From Patellaria atrata CBS 101060 (taxonomy: Eukaryota), in the NCBI GenBank assembly GCA_010093705.1, contig MU006089.1:1909561-1973560 (forward strand): DNA of 64,000 bases, given 5' to 3'. Numbering within the stretch: position 1 is the first letter of the stretch; every line of letters starts with the position of its first letter. Made by a program: the position numbers and the translations under genes. The notes under the pieces are model-generated. The model ran no database searches and was not told the origin of the DNA. It saw nothing but the letters and a program-made list of their open reading frames with translations. Below, piece after piece: positions 24,917 through 38,351 of this stretch.

Positions 24917-25715
24917 TTGTTTCCGACAAGTTTTAATCGGCTGATCTCGGAGGTAATCATTTTACGGTGCAGATACGGTCGGGATTCGAGCCTCAGAATG
25001 TGCTAAGAGGATGCCTTATGTTGAGACGGGAGGCAGGTTCTCCCCTCGTCGTCCGACGCGATTTCATTTTTCCCTCTTTGGTTAACTTCCGGGCCAAGGA
25101 CGCATTTAATGCTTTTATTGCCTCATGTTATACGCACTTTGTCTTGTCTTTGATGGGGACTATACGAGATCAGCACATATATATGCCGCTGGTCTAAAAC
25201 CGGAGCATTGCTCCAAACCGTCAATCCACTCCTTAATAGTTCGGAATTTGCTTCCTGCAACTTTAGGCTTTAGCGTTTCTTTTCTTACATGGTTATCATC
25301 GACACTGCTGTTTACTGTTCTTCTATTATATCACGATTAATGGACCTCCTGTGCAGGAATGGATGTGATCGTCGCTGCTTTTGCACGGCGTGTATATAGA
25401 AGTAGTTAGAGTAGATTCGGTCAAATTACTAGATGGATATCCTTTCTAGTATTCGAACATCGTGTGAGACAAATCCTTGCGCCTCCGAAGAAAACATGTC
25501 CTTAAGAAGTTCTCTAGGTCGAAATGAGGTGATGTGGTTTGTAGAGACCTTGTAGGAATTGAAGTCGATGTTACAAAGTAGGTCCGACCCTTCACAAGAT
25601 GGCCCGGGGATAGAGAATACGCACGGACCCAGCTTGCATGACCCGCTAGTTCTGAATTTTCTGCAGAATGCTTGATGTCCTACCGTCCAACATCACGCTC
25701 CAGCAATCATAAAAG

Positions 25716-27639
25716 ATGAAGAGAAAATTGAACGAGCATGACGTTCCAGACGCAACTGTTCAGGCAACCCCCGCCCGAACTCCCTCCAACTCTACGTTCG
25801 CTGCATTGCAGCTAGATCCCAGGCTTCTCCAAGGCATCGAGAAGCAAAAGTTCTCCAGTTTGACCCCAATCCAAGCCAATGCTATACCTTTAATTCTAGA
25901 GGGAAACGATGTTCTAGGACGGTCACAAACCGGCAGCGGGTGCGGAGTAATCCCTCGTGAATAGACCTTCCGTTCGAATTACTTACACCCCGAATAGGAA
26001 AACCGCAGCATACCTACTACCGATCCTACAGTTGATCCTGAAGCATAAGAAAGATCATAACCCCACCAAATCCACCTCGGCGCTCATACTCGTTCCGACC
26101 CGAGAACTGGCCAGTCAAGTTACCGGCGTAGCGCGAAGTCTGGCAGTATTCTGTGCGAATGACATTCGGATTGAGAATATCACACGTGAAGATGATAAAG
26201 TACAGAGAGCAAGGTTGGCAGAGTCGCCTGATATTGTTATTGCGACACCAGGAAGAACATGTGTTCATTTAAACAATTCCGCATTATCACTGAAAAATCT
26301 TACCCACTTAGTCATTGACGAAGCGGATCTAGTCCTATCTTACGGCTACGATGATGATCTGGAGAATATCTCAAAATCGGTACCCAGGGGCGTACAAACA
26401 ATACTAATGAGCGCAACGCTAAAAACAGACCTCGACGTGTTGAAAAATCTATTTTGCCGTGATCCAGTCATGTTAGACATAGACGAGGGAAAAGAGTCGA
26501 ATAAGGTTAGCCAGTACGTTGTGAAATGTGGGGAAGACGAGAAGTTTCTCCTCATCTACGCGATGTTCAAATTGAAATTGATCAAAGATAAAACCATCGT
26601 GTTCGTCGGAGATATAGACCGCTGCTACAGACTCAAACTCTTTCTGGAGCAATTCGGTGTCAAGAGCTGCGTTCTGAACTCCGAACTCCCGGTCAACTCC
26701 AGGCTTCACGTGGTAGAAGAGTTCAATAAGAATGTGTATGACATCATCATCGCAACAGACGAGCATGAAGTGCTCGGAGACGAAGAAAATATCACGGAAA
26801 CCGCACCTGAAGCCCTTGGAAAGGAAAATGGTCATGTCAACACGAATGGACATCCAGACGACCCAGCAGATGCAGCAGACGCAAAAAAAAAACCCAAACC
26901 AGTCAAAAAGAAACGCCGCACGTCCTCCCGCGCCAAAGACTTTGGTGTCGCCCGCGGCATCGACTTCAAAAACGTCGCCTGCGTCCTAAACTTCGACCTC
27001 CCCACCTCCTCGAAATCCTACACCCACCGCATCGGCCGGACCGCGCGCGCCGGTAAAACCGGCATGGCGCTCTCCTTCATCATCCCGACGGAGCTTTACC
27101 GCAAGCACAAGCCAACCTCCTTCCCGACGTGCGAGTACGACGAAGCGGTTCTCGCGAAGATCACCAAGGCGCAGGAGAAGCGCGGACAGAAGGTGGAAGA
27201 GTACGCCTTTGACATGAAGCGCCTGGACGGGTTCCGGTACCGGCTCGGTGACGCGCTGAAAGCCGTCACGCGGATCGCGATCCGCGAGGCGCGGACCAGG
27301 GAGCTGAGACAAGAGCTGCTCAAGAGCGAGAAGCTGAAACGCCACTTCGAGGAGAACCCGGAGGATATGCGGCACCTACGGCACGATGGCGAGTTGAGGG
27401 CTGCGAAGCTGCGTCCGCATTTGAGACATGTGCCGGATTATCTGTTGCCGGGGGGTGTGCAGGCTGTGGAGAGGGATGTTGGGTTCGTGGGGCTGAGAAA
27501 GGAGGAGACGAATAGGGAGAAGAAGCGAAGGGTTTTGGCGAGGAGGAAGGGGAAGACTAGGGTGCAGAAGACGAGGAAGGCGGATCCGTTGAAGACGTTT
27601 AATGCCAGGGGGAGGGGGAGGAAGGGGGCTGCGCTGTAG
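25716..27639 (+). CDS. DBP9: ATP-dependent DEAD-box RNA helicase DBP9/DDX56; intron 25940-25997
   Basis: MKRKL start; spliced QTGSGKT motif [33 protein letters not shown]9-typical [10 protein letters not shown] and HFEENPED...LRHD. Confidence 0.95.
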
Positions 27640-28673
27640 GACTGATGGGACAGATGGAAATCATGGGCAAATTACAGTTATGACGAACGTACTAGTGAGG
27701 TATATCTTCACAAATGAAATCGATATACCACCGAATCCCCAATCCCTTCTTCATCGATTCCGCTCACGTCATTACTGACAGCGCTTAAATAAATAAATAA
27801 AAAAGCCACCGGTCAACATATCTCACAAAATCTCTACTCAACCCCAACTACCCACGCAACCCCCGTCCCGGAAATCCCAACGCGGGTACCACAGTTACAA
27901 AGGTTACAGTCACACCAACGCCCCCACCTTCCCGACCCCACGGGCCCGGAATCAGACCACCTCACCCTGTGGCGGGTGTAGAGACTTAGGTCGTGGAACC
28001 TTGTGTTTAGGTTTGGTGTAACGGTAGGTTGATCCGTGTCTGTGCTAGTTGGGTGAGTTTTGTGGTGAGAAGATGGGATGGTACTGTACTATGTTTGGGC
28101 TCGGTTAGGGTGCGTAGGGTATATTTGAATTTTAAGTGCGTAATGGGTTGGCCGGTTTGGGTTGGGTACGTGGATTAGAGGGAGGGTAGAGGAATGGGAA
28201 CACAAAGGATTGTGTCACGGAGGGGGAAAAGGGAGCGTGTGCGATATCAACTTGTGAGATGTGTGAAGGTTCACGAAAGGATTTATAATAGTAGTAGATA
28301 GTTTGGTATTACTGATATATTCTTAAATAGATATGTCACGTAGAAGATAGGATTCGAATAATAGGGGATGGGGCTTTGTTTGGAACAAGTTTGAAAGGGG
28401 AGAATTTGTATTTTACCTGGGAAATACTTATATTGCAATGTTAGAAGTCCGCCAGTATATAAGGGGAACCCTGAGAAATTACCTTTGACAGCGGGCAGTT
28501 ATCTACCTCAACGGAGGATTATTCCACAGGGCATTAGGAACCGTTAGAGCTAACCCAGGTCCACCAAACCCACCACGTATGAAACTATCGATCCTCGGCA
28601 TATCCTCCAACTTAAGCCCCAGCGCAAGTCGTTTCCTAGCCTCAGGGAGATTCCTCTGTCACCTCCTCCACCG

Positions 28674-29393
28674 CTACTCCCCTAGGCCGAGCGGATCATT
28701 GAAGAAGCCATTCTCAACAGCCTCTTCTTCCTCGTCCTTGAAGTTATCCAGTTCGTGCACCGCATAGCTAATTACCTGGTCGATAGGTCTGCCATAGAAC
28801 GTCATGAACGCGTGCAGCTTGCAATTAGCATCTTCGACAATGGAAAGCGCGACTGGATGATCCCCACGTCGTGAGAGACCGGTATGAAGCGTCTTTCTCG
28901 CATTCACCGCCAGCTCTCGGTTCCCATGCAGTAACTCCAGCCATTCTTGCTTATGCGTCGCTTCTTCGTGGGTAAGCGTCTTCTCCAGCAATTTGTACTC
29001 GTCTTCATCCATGACTTGATCCAGATTCGGCCTCCAGACATTAAGATGGTACTTCTTACCCGTGTCGTAGACCCGGTCGTCCCACGTCTGCAACCTCAGT
29101 TCGAGGTTTTCCAGGAACAGGAGGACTGTATAGGACTTGTCCGCGTTCTCGTTGAACATGGACTCTTCACAGCGGGGGCAGAACTTTACTCCGCGGATAG
29201 GAGAACGTGCGAGATCGACCAATATACGTGCTCGTTCGCGCCAGGACTTTGCGTCTTCGCATTCAGTAGCCCATTCTGCGGGAGCTACGAAGTTTGGGCC
29301 TCCGTTGATGACTTGAAAGTACTTATCGCAAGGTATAGGAGGTCTGCTCAGGAGGTGAGCGCAGTGGTGCTCGCGTAGTTCGAGTTTACACAT
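28674..29393 (-). CDS. Hypothetical protein with N-terminal Cys/His motif (MC...HHCAH...C...C...CPRC)
   Basis: 239-aa ATG-started intronless ORF; the Cys/His spacing suggests metal binding. Confidence 0.65.
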   Translation of the reverse strand: MCKLELREHHCAHLLSRPPIPCDKYFQVINGGPNFVAPAEWATECEDAKSWRERARILVDLARSPIRGVKFCPRCEESMFNENADKSYTVLLFLENLELRLQTWDDRVYDTGKKYHLNVWRPNLDQVMDEDEYKLLEKTLTHEEATHKQEWLELLHGNRELAVNARKTLHTGLSRRGDHPVALSIVEDANCKLHAFMTFYGRPIDQVISYAVHELDNFKDEEEEAVENGFFNDPLGLGE

Positions 29394-30391
29394 ATTCGTG
29401 GATGTATGTGTTAGGTGTTCGGTGGTAACGATGTGTCTATTGGGACTCGGTGATAATATGGGCCCATGTTGGTATCGTTGATTTCAAGAGCTACTTTCTT
29501 TTTAAAGACCTTAGAGCTTTGGCTTGACCATCGACCTTAAATAGTATCAGAGGGGTATGAACAATGCCAATTTTTGAAAGGGATTGATCTTGTATAATAC
29601 GGGCGATATCCTTTTAACACAACGAAAATAACAGAGCTTCGTGACTGAAATCTGATTCGAGATTGCGAGAAGTAATGAGGCTCAAATCCAGCAAGCATAG
29701 TGACAACATAAACATCTATTTAAGATGCAATTCGATATGGTTAAGGGGTGAGTAGTCTAAAACTATAGCTGTCTGTACTAAATTCACTTATCTACACAAT
29801 GTTCAGTCAGCGAATCACAATGTACATTCACAGGCATGTGCATACTCAAAGGGACAGAAGCGACTGCGAGATCAGCGGTCATAATCATAGTGAACAAATG
29901 GTTAATGCCTGCACAGTGCCTTCAATCGTACGATGATCTAGAAGTAATCCAAACGTTTACCAATACCTCGTAGCAATAACTTGATTTTCTGAATATATAC
30001 TGGGATGGTTTTGCAATCCTTTGGTCAGAGATATATTAGGACGGCATGGAGAGACAAAAATCTTCTTGGTGTGTCTACCTTGCGTGCTACTTGAAAGTTC
30101 AAGATGAAAAAGGGGTTCGACGCTGCTGAAAGAAATAAAAACAAGGAGGGCGTGACTTCGGAAATGTGCAGACTTTTGAAAGACCTAAAAAATGTCGTGA
30201 CTCTGAGATAAGTTCATATTGTACAGGAAAATGACTGTGTTTTGACTCGCGAATGTACCATATGTTTCCTTCAGCCCACCTACAGGATAAGATTTACAAG
30301 AAAAGTTCAAGGAAATGTGTACAAGACAACCACGAGCTGTTCATTGCTGTCATAATAATCGCATGATGTACAAGATGATCACTTGCGTGGT

Positions 30392-31275
30392 CTAGATTGG
30401 AGGAGAGGGTCCATAATTCCGTTGGCGTCGTAAACGTTGTAACGACTCATCGCCGTTCTCTAATGAACATATGAGCCTTTGTTTGGGTTTCTCATGATGA
30501 TAAGGTGTGACTCACCAGATGCGGAAGAACGATGCGGACTATTCTCAACGTTGATGACCTTTGTATCAACATACGGAAGGTTAAGGGCGCCATTAGCTTG
30601 ACCAAATTGACCAATCTTTCTGAGACTGATCCTTAAACGGAACAGTCCACTTTGATAAATTTGAAGATTAGGGAAGCTTGCATAGCCGACAGTTCGACTA
30701 TCCGATTGGTCATAATCTTCATCGTCATCGTCGGCGGTAGCTTGTAGGGATCGTACAATCGAGTGCGGAGGTTTCAAGATCCCATTGCCAGTTAGTTGGT
30801 CCCGCCCGTTCGCATCAGTAGCAAGAAGCGATGCGAAAGCAAGTATGTTCCCAGCGTCTTGCTCGGCGTCATCCTCATCTGCAAGAAGATGAGTGACCCG
30901 GACTCTGACAGTGATGGAATTTGCCAAGGGTCGCCCCATTTGCGCAGTTTCTGGGGGCTCCCGAATGACGTCAACAATGTATCTTGAAGTGTCTTCATGG
31001 CTAAACCCATTCTCTCTAGAACGTCTCGAGACTTGGCGAGGCCTATCCCGAACATGATCCGTCGAGATGGCTCGAGCACCTACTCTTCGGGCAACGGAGG
31101 TCATGACTGCAGGTGGATCTGAGTTGTCAGAAGTCCGATAATTCGCAAGGCGAGCTGATCTTCTTAGGGGTGAGGTAGCTCTCCGGATAGGTCGTCTGCG
31201 CGCTTCTGAATTGGGAAGTCTCGGAACACTATTGTTTTGGTTGGAATCTCTTAACCGTCTTCTCCCCCTTGGCAT
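30392..31275 (-). CDS. Divergent velvet-domain-like protein; intron 30515-30460
   Basis: YIVDVIREPPETA...ITVRV...FASL...GYASFPNLQIYQSGLFRLRISL resembles the velvet F.F.DL.I...G.YRL.F.L motif; Arg-rich N-terminus; spliced tail LQRLRRQ. Confidence 0.65.
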
Positions 31276-34200
31276 CTGGAGTTTCTTTAGTGATGGATAT
31301 AAAGAGAAAAGGAGTATGAGCAAAACGTCATTGAATGAGTGACAGGAATCGAATTGGAAGCAAAAGAAAACCTAACTCCCGTCAAAATCAACACATGCAG
31401 GGCGGTGCCGGTAAGAACGAGCGGGGAAGGTGATGACGGGAGCGGATAACTAGGTCGTTCCTGACTTCTTATTGATAACCATTCCGGATGATGAAGGTAG
31501 TAAAGGAGTAGACTGCGAAATTAGACTGCATGCTGTCGACGATAGCGGTCGGAACTAACTTGTCGCTTGAATCTGAGCGGTGCCCTTAAATCTTGGGTCA
31601 ACTTGTGCTTTTTATTCTGGTTCAGAGGAAATCCATGGTCCTGTGTTCTCCAAGTGTGCGATGTACATTTAGCCTTGCAGCATGCCAGCATCATCTCCAC
31701 CCTTGCGACAGAGATGTCATGATAAGGCGTTTCATTTGACCATAAACGGCTGGCGTGGCTATAGGAGGAGTCTCTCTCATCTGGGTAACAGATGACAGTG
31801 GAAGAGCGTTTTGTATGCAACCATAAGGCCTCAGGTATAAATTCCTCAAGGAAGTCTTAACCGTCATGTTTGATGACCTTTCGCAACATCTGACGGCGTT
31901 CTGAGTCTCCGTTGGAAATTGCATGAAGTTGGATGGCCAGGGAGGTTGAAGTTTAAAGGTTTGAGGTTTGGGATTTCGAGGATCGACCAATTAAGCAGGC
32001 ACATCCACGGCGCTCATTACCCCACGAACCCCCAATCGTCTGTGCGGTTGCCGAGAAGCCATGTGGTCAACTGGGGTTAAAAAAAGGTTCTCCCGTGATG
32101 AACCCGCCGATGGAGACGTGCAGTAAAGGTTACCGGTAAGCGGTTAGATGATGCATCAGAATGCATGCAATCCACGGCATCATTGCAAAAATGGTTCGTG
32201 CGTCAAGCAGATCAACAGGAACAAAAACAGGAACAGAGACAGGGCAATCTCAAGGAAATATTTCAACCTACACAAATCTAACATACACACCACCTTATCT
32301 GTAAATTCCCGTGATGATATAACCCACGCTCACTCAACGTCTTCAGCCGATCTTCGTTCTGGGCGAGCCAATGTCTCGTTTGGCTAATGGTTACTATAAA
32401 CAATGGAAACCTATATCCAATCCACTACATTAGCGTCCGAACTGATGAAAGAAGAAAAAAAAATCAATTGGTAGACGCATCCGTCATGTTTCACTTGTTC
32501 ACACACCGTAGATCTGGTTTTCGGAAAAGAAAAAGAAGAAGAAGAAGAAGCAAGATTTCAGGAAGACTGACCTTATGTAATGTGATCACGTTTTGAAGTA
32601 TACCTTAGTGAACTTAGGTTGTGTAATGGATGTCTTTCAGGAGGGACAATGCCACACACCTTCCTCGGAAATCCAATATCGACAAGTCTTGGGAGGACAA
32701 TTCCGGTGCTTAGGTACTGTACAGTAGCCAGGTAGTCTCGTAGTCACCGTTGAAGTTTGAGATCCATAGCTTCATGCAGAGGTCACCAGCTCTTATATAC
32801 CAGCAATGTAATCTATGTGTCCATGATAGAGAAGCATTCGCTCTTCTCAAAATGGCTGTGGCCGCAGATGCCAGCTTGAGGCTACTAAAATAGTATTGGT
32901 TTGTCCCGTCACAAAGAATATCATATCCAGCTATGGCGTCTACTGTTCGCTTCCGGTCAGCTTGATTCACCATGAAGTTTTCGTCTTTCTCATTTCTCCT
33001 TACGCTTGTCGCTCCAAGTGGATGTACTGAGACTCATACATGGAAGCCATAAGCTTGTCGGCTTGCACCACCATGCTATTCTATCCAAGGATTCGATTTA
33101 ACGCGTCTGCAAGATCCCATCTGAATCCTCCGTATGGACCTCCTACGAGCCCTTGCTCATGCCGGTCGTCGTGCCGATTTGGTCGATCGGTAGTTCTAAG
33201 CCACCGCCGAGCCCTTACCGATCCACCGAAATCGACCACTATCTGTCTTTTTTTTTTTCCTATATTTCTTGCCGTGACACTGCCGTATCTAGCTAGAGGG
33301 TTATTAGACGCCTTTTCTCCGTCGCCTCCCTCTTCTCATCCGCCATACATGATCGTTTAACCGTAATAGATGAGGCGTCATTACGACCATCGATCGGATT
33401 TGTCAACCGTGTCATCATCCTGGTTTCCCCACCACGACTGCAGCGACCCGTTTGGACTACCGGATCCGTCATGTCATAGATCTAGTCCTGGGAATCTTAC
33501 ATACCACCGAACTTCTCCGGATACGGGATTCTGTCAAGAACATCGCATGCCAGCGTTCTCAATCGACCCCCACTCATCCCTTGATGACATCAAGCGCCAC
33601 TGCTCTGTATATGACAGCTATATCACGAACGGTCTTAAGGTTCTTCCAGTGACATGACTGGATAAAAAGTTGGGAGGAAGGAGACTGGGTCATGTTTGGA
33701 CTCAACGGTCGCGCTGTCAGCTCGAGCTGTCAAAATCGTGTCATGTTTGGAGTCCCTGGAGAGAGCCTCTCAACACCCGCCCAATTGGTACCTTAGAAAG
33801 GATCAAGATCTGGAGTAACACGAGGCGCCGGATCGGTTTCACATGCGGCGCTGAGAACTACGCATAGATCCCTGTTGTGCGGATGGCTGCATAGAGACCT
33901 TTAAGACATATCGTCGAGGAACGCTGATGTCGTTCCAACTCGTCGTGGGTACAGGTAATCTTATACTTAGATCAGTTGCGCACAAATCCAAAACTGAGGG
34001 CCTGTCAATAAAACACCATCGTACAGCGCGATATGAGGCTACGTCGTGTTCAAGATAAGCTATCTCCTCCATGGATAGGTACAGTACGACTTCTCTACGT
34101 CCCAGTCTGAGACATGCTTCCGAAGAAGACCTCTTCCACGGGTAGTGCCGGATTTCCGCGATTATATCTAATGCATTCAAACTTTTCTCGTGGGAACGGT

Positions 34201-36142
34201 AAAGATTATTGATAAGATGTTACCCACGCGTTGATAAGTGGGTGTGCTATCATATATTCCGTGCATGACATTGATGCTGGTACATCCAAAAAAAGCTCTT
34301 TTTAGAAATCCTTCTGCTTTGACTCCGGCGTCCCCGATGAAGCATGATCCAATGACCACCTTGAGACATCATTTTATATCCTGAAGTTTATTTTTCACTC
34401 GTGTGGTATGCCGACTGCTTCATCGGCTATGGATCCTATTCGAGGAGTCAAGAGATGAAGTACGTAGCTTTCGACGAGGGTATTGTTGAAAAGAAATGTT
34501 TTGCATGACTATATTATAGACAGCACCTTGCGGAACTAGTTCTGCTACTGAGCGAAACTTTACCCTGTCATGAGGCCGCAAAAAAGAAATCTGGCCCGGT
34601 TCGGACCATGTATCGGCAACAGGAGCGATCCTGTTAGTGAGTTCTATGGCCGAAATTGGAACCGTACCGAGAGGAGATCCTTTACTATTCGTGAATCCGG
34701 AGCTGTCTTGCGCACTACTGGCCCTTTCGGTTTCATAATACTTGGTCAGAGGAGCTTTGGATTCGTATCTCGCTGCGACTTGTTCTGTGTAAGTACTGTA
34801 CTAGTTTCATAGACGGATGGCGAATATTTGTTGGTGTTGAATGCGTTATCAGATCCGATTCTACTTTCGTTGACCGTACCGCAGGACATACGTTCGGCAT
34901 ACCAACGTCGTCAAGTGACCGCTCTTGTTTGATACCGACAGCAGGAAGGTATGCCCCCCGTTTCAGCCCGAGTTAATTTATTCTTGCAAATACTGGGGTT
35001 TCAAGAGTACTATTAGTACTTTCATGAAGTTCTCTCTAACTTTACAGTACAGGAAGGAACAGATGTACATTGACTTTCTAGTCGTATTAATAACCCCTTC
35101 ATGATAAGTTGAGAACTCTACCCTTAGGTTCCTACGATGCCGTAGCTCGACGTACAGTGAAGTGGAGAACGTATGGAGCGCTCCTAACCTTACGTGAGAC
35201 TTGACCGTATTGATAGTGAAATATCTTTTAGTACTTCCGGCTCAAAGGACTACCAATAGTAGTCCAACAAAGCATACAGAGACTGAGGGATGCAAACCAA
35301 ACCAGAGGAGGGGATAAATAGAAAGGGAACTCAGAAACAGATAATCGAGAAACAAAGAGCTCCGGAAGAGTCACGACATCTTCTCTATACTATTTAATAG
35401 AATCGCAAGCAAACAAAAAATTCTTTACAACTGGAAACCCGCATATAACCCGGGTCTCGTACAATTTAGCAAACGTCCCAAGAAAGTTATTATCAAAACC
35501 AATTGCTGTTACATGAAGGGGAAAGTTTGAGAGATCGGAGCAACTAGGTAGGGACGTTAACAACGATTTTTTGAGTGATTCATCCCCTAGTTCTACCGTG
35601 CTAACGTATAAAGTAGTTTGCTCAATTGTAATAAAGAATCAAAGAGGGTAGAATTTGGTGAAAAAAGTTTCCATGAGCTCTTACTAATCCTTAGGGAGGT
35701 CGTGGTATGATGTGGTAATTCGGTGGTGCCACAAGCATACTGCATACACCTTATAGTTTTAATAGATTACTATTGCGAAGCATCGGTTATGGGAAAGTAT
35801 CCGTCGAATAGGTACTGCTGTTTCTCCTGTTCGTCCTCATGAATTGTACTTTGCAGTGAGTGTTCTCGATGGGGGGGCAAGGATGAGGCGAAATCCATGC
35901 AGCCGGAACGTCTTGGCGCCATTTAGATACCTGCCATATCCATCCAGATTTAACGAAACGAGACTTTCTACCCATTTGGTTTTCTCAGGAGCTCAGGTAC
36001 TTTGAACCTTTTGTTTGAATGCTGAATCTTCACGAAGGTGTTGTTCAATCCTGAGTCATCTCCAATCAGCCATGGCATAGTTCTAACGTGAAGGAGTATC
36101 TGTCATTACGGCGCCCAGCAAAGGATCAGCTTACGAGGCACC

Positions 36143-37996
36143 ATGAACCTCAACAGCCGTTTCGTTCACTTCGTCATCGCCGCCAGCATCATCAGCATCG
36201 TGAGCGTAGCCGCATGGCTGTTCTCTGAACCTCGCGGATCAGCCCGACTAGCCTTGTCGAATTTTAGGAATGGAAACCAGAGACAAGCGCATCATCCTAT
36301 CGACGACCTCCTTAAACAGGGGGAGAAGGAATACCGAGCCATCATAAAGGATGTATCCAAGGACGTCAAGTCAGCAGCTCGTGCTTACCGGCGTAGAAGA
36401 GGGCGACATCCACCTCCAAACTTTGATGCATGGTTCCAATATGCCCAGGAGCGAAACGCAGTCATCTCGGAGAGTTTGTTTGACCAAATATACCATGACT
36501 TGAATCCCTTCTGGGGAATAGAAGCTGCACAAATCCGTAACCAAGCATACGCTTCAAACTTCACGATTAGCGTACGCAATCATAATGCCACTTTTATCAC
36601 CGATCACGAACGAGCATGGATGAACCTTTGGCACAACTTAGTCCAGACGATCGCTGAATATCTTCCTGATGTAGACATACCGATCAATGTCATGGATGAA
36701 AGCCGTATAATTGTCTCATGGGAAACAATCAATGAATACATGATAGAAGAAGCAAGGACACGGGGCAAGTTACCTGAGGTTCAAGAAGTTGTTTCTGAAT
36801 ACCAGAAACTTCAACCTCTCCCACCACCAACGGAGCAAGAAACAGAGCAAGAAACAAAGCAAGAGCAAAGAAGAGCTGAGCGTTTCGACCCTGAATGGAT
36901 CAAGAAAGGACCATACTGGAACCTCGCTCGGGTAGGTTGCCCTCCAGAAACTGCGGCTCGTTATGCCGAATCTGTTACGGAATTCTCGGGCCCTCCACCG
37001 CTGCCCTTGGGCTACCCCGAGAATTCTCATCTTGGATATGTCAAGAATTGGACGCAAGCGAAGGACCCTTGTCTACAACCTCATTTGCGAGAACTGCACG
37101 GTACCTTCGTTGAACCGATCTCTTTATCAACCACCAAGAAGCTTATCCCGATGTTCGGAGGTTCTAAGCTACCGATAAACAATGAGATCTTGATACCACC
37201 AGCTATGTACTGGAGCAAGGATGAGTTCTTTGAAGTTGGAGAGCATGATGGAGGCCCTTGGCAGGATAAGGAGAATTTGTTGGCTTGGAGAGGTTCGGCC
37301 TCAGGTGGACGAAATAGAAAAGAGAATTGGACTCGATTCCAGCGTCATCGTTTCCTCTCAATGGTCAATGGAACTTTAGTGCACCTTGCGGAAACGTCCA
37401 GTCAGGATCCACCGAATTTCGTGCTGCCTTCGTATGATCATTACAACCTCAAAGCACCACGGAATGGATACCTTGGTAAATGGCTCGATGAGTTCTCCGA
37501 CTGCAGCTTTACCAATCTCCTCTGCTTTCCAGGTCAGAACGACAAGCACTGCACTTACACCGATCCATACTACGAGGTGAAAGAGGTCAAACCGCTGAGC
37601 GAGCAGTTTTCTGCCAAATATCTTCCTGACTTGGATGGTAACTCTTTCAGTGGAAGATATCGAAGTTTCCTAAGATCAACTTCTGTTCCAATCAAGGCCA
37701 CGGTTTATAACGAGTGGCACGATTCTCGTCTGATCCCATGGAAACATTTCGTACCAATGGACAACACGTTTATCGACATTTATGGTATCATGGATTATTT
37801 TTACGGATATAATGGTGTTGGAGCTCGTGACGAAGCTGCAAAGAACATTGCTCTTGCTGGTAAAGAGTGGGCCGATAAAGTACTGAGAAGAGAGGATATG
37901 CAAATATACATGTTTCGGTTATTACTGGAGTATGGAAGGCTCTGTGATGATCAGAGACTGAAATTAGGTTATGTGGAGGACTTGAAGAAACGGTGA
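36143..37996 (+). CDS. Glycosyltransferase family 90 (CAP10/Cxt1-like beta-1,2-xylosyltransferase-like)
   Basis: N-terminal TM anchor; YRRRRGRHPPPNFDAWF, WRGSASGG, KYLPDLDGNSFSGRY, EWHDSRLIPWKHFVP, LRREDMQIYMFRLLLEYGR. Confidence 0.92.
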   Translation: MNLNSRFVHFVIAASIISIVSVAAWLFSEPRGSARLALSNFRNGNQRQAHHPIDDLLKQGEKEYRAIIKDVSKDVKSAARAYRRRRGRHPPPNFDAWFQYAQERNAVISESLFDQIYHDLNPFWGIEAAQIRNQAYASNFTISVRNHNATFITDHERAWMNLWHNLVQTIAEYLPDVDIPINVMDESRIIVSWETINEYMIEEARTRGKLPEVQEVVSEYQKLQPLPPPTEQETEQETKQEQRRAERFDPEWIKKGPYWNLARVGCPPETAARYAESVTEFSGPPPLPLGYPENSHLGYVKNWTQAKDPCLQPHLRELHGTFVEPISLSTTKKLIPMFGGSKLPINNEILIPPAMYWSKDEFFEVGEHDGGPWQDKENLLAWRGSASGGRNRKENWTRFQRHRFLSMVNGTLVHLAETSSQDPPNFVLPSYDHYNLKAPRNGYLGKWLDEFSDCSFTNLLCFPGQNDKHCTYTDPYYEVKEVKPLSEQFSAKYLPDLDGNSFSGRYRSFLRSTSVPIKATVYNEWHDSRLIPWKHFVPMDNTFIDIYGIMDYFYGYNGVGARDEAAKNIALAGKEWADKVLRREDMQIYMFRLLLEYGRLCDDQRLKLGYVEDLKKR

Positions 37997-38351
37997 TGAA
38001 TCACTTCCACTGTACAGTACAGTATAGTACATGGGATCGCTTCGATAATTGGATACCCCGGCGTTTTGGGGGGCATGGAGTATATATGTATAACTAGGAA
38101 TCTTTCTATCACCATAATAGGCCTTCAATAATTCATGTTTTTAGAGCGGCCTCCACTGGTGTTTATTGAGGTGTACCCAGGTACTAATAATTTACATGTT
38201 CTGCCAAGACATATCCATAGGGCAGGACTTTTGGTCGAGCTTCCCCGCGATACATCAATTAATTCGACGCGATATCCAGACCTTTCCTATTCTCAACAGC
38301 GGGACATCTTCTTGACGTAGAGGGAGGGAGAAAAGTCTCTCACACGATCGT

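Noticed and set aside
27730..28400. Possible foldback/MITE (C-rich left arm, G-rich right arm)
   Set aside because: No convincing base-by-base inverted repeat or target-site duplication found; treated as a compositional skew flip.
31300..36100. Numerous 60-110 aa ORFs
   Set aside because: No recognisable motifs or consistent exon structure; treated as intergenic.
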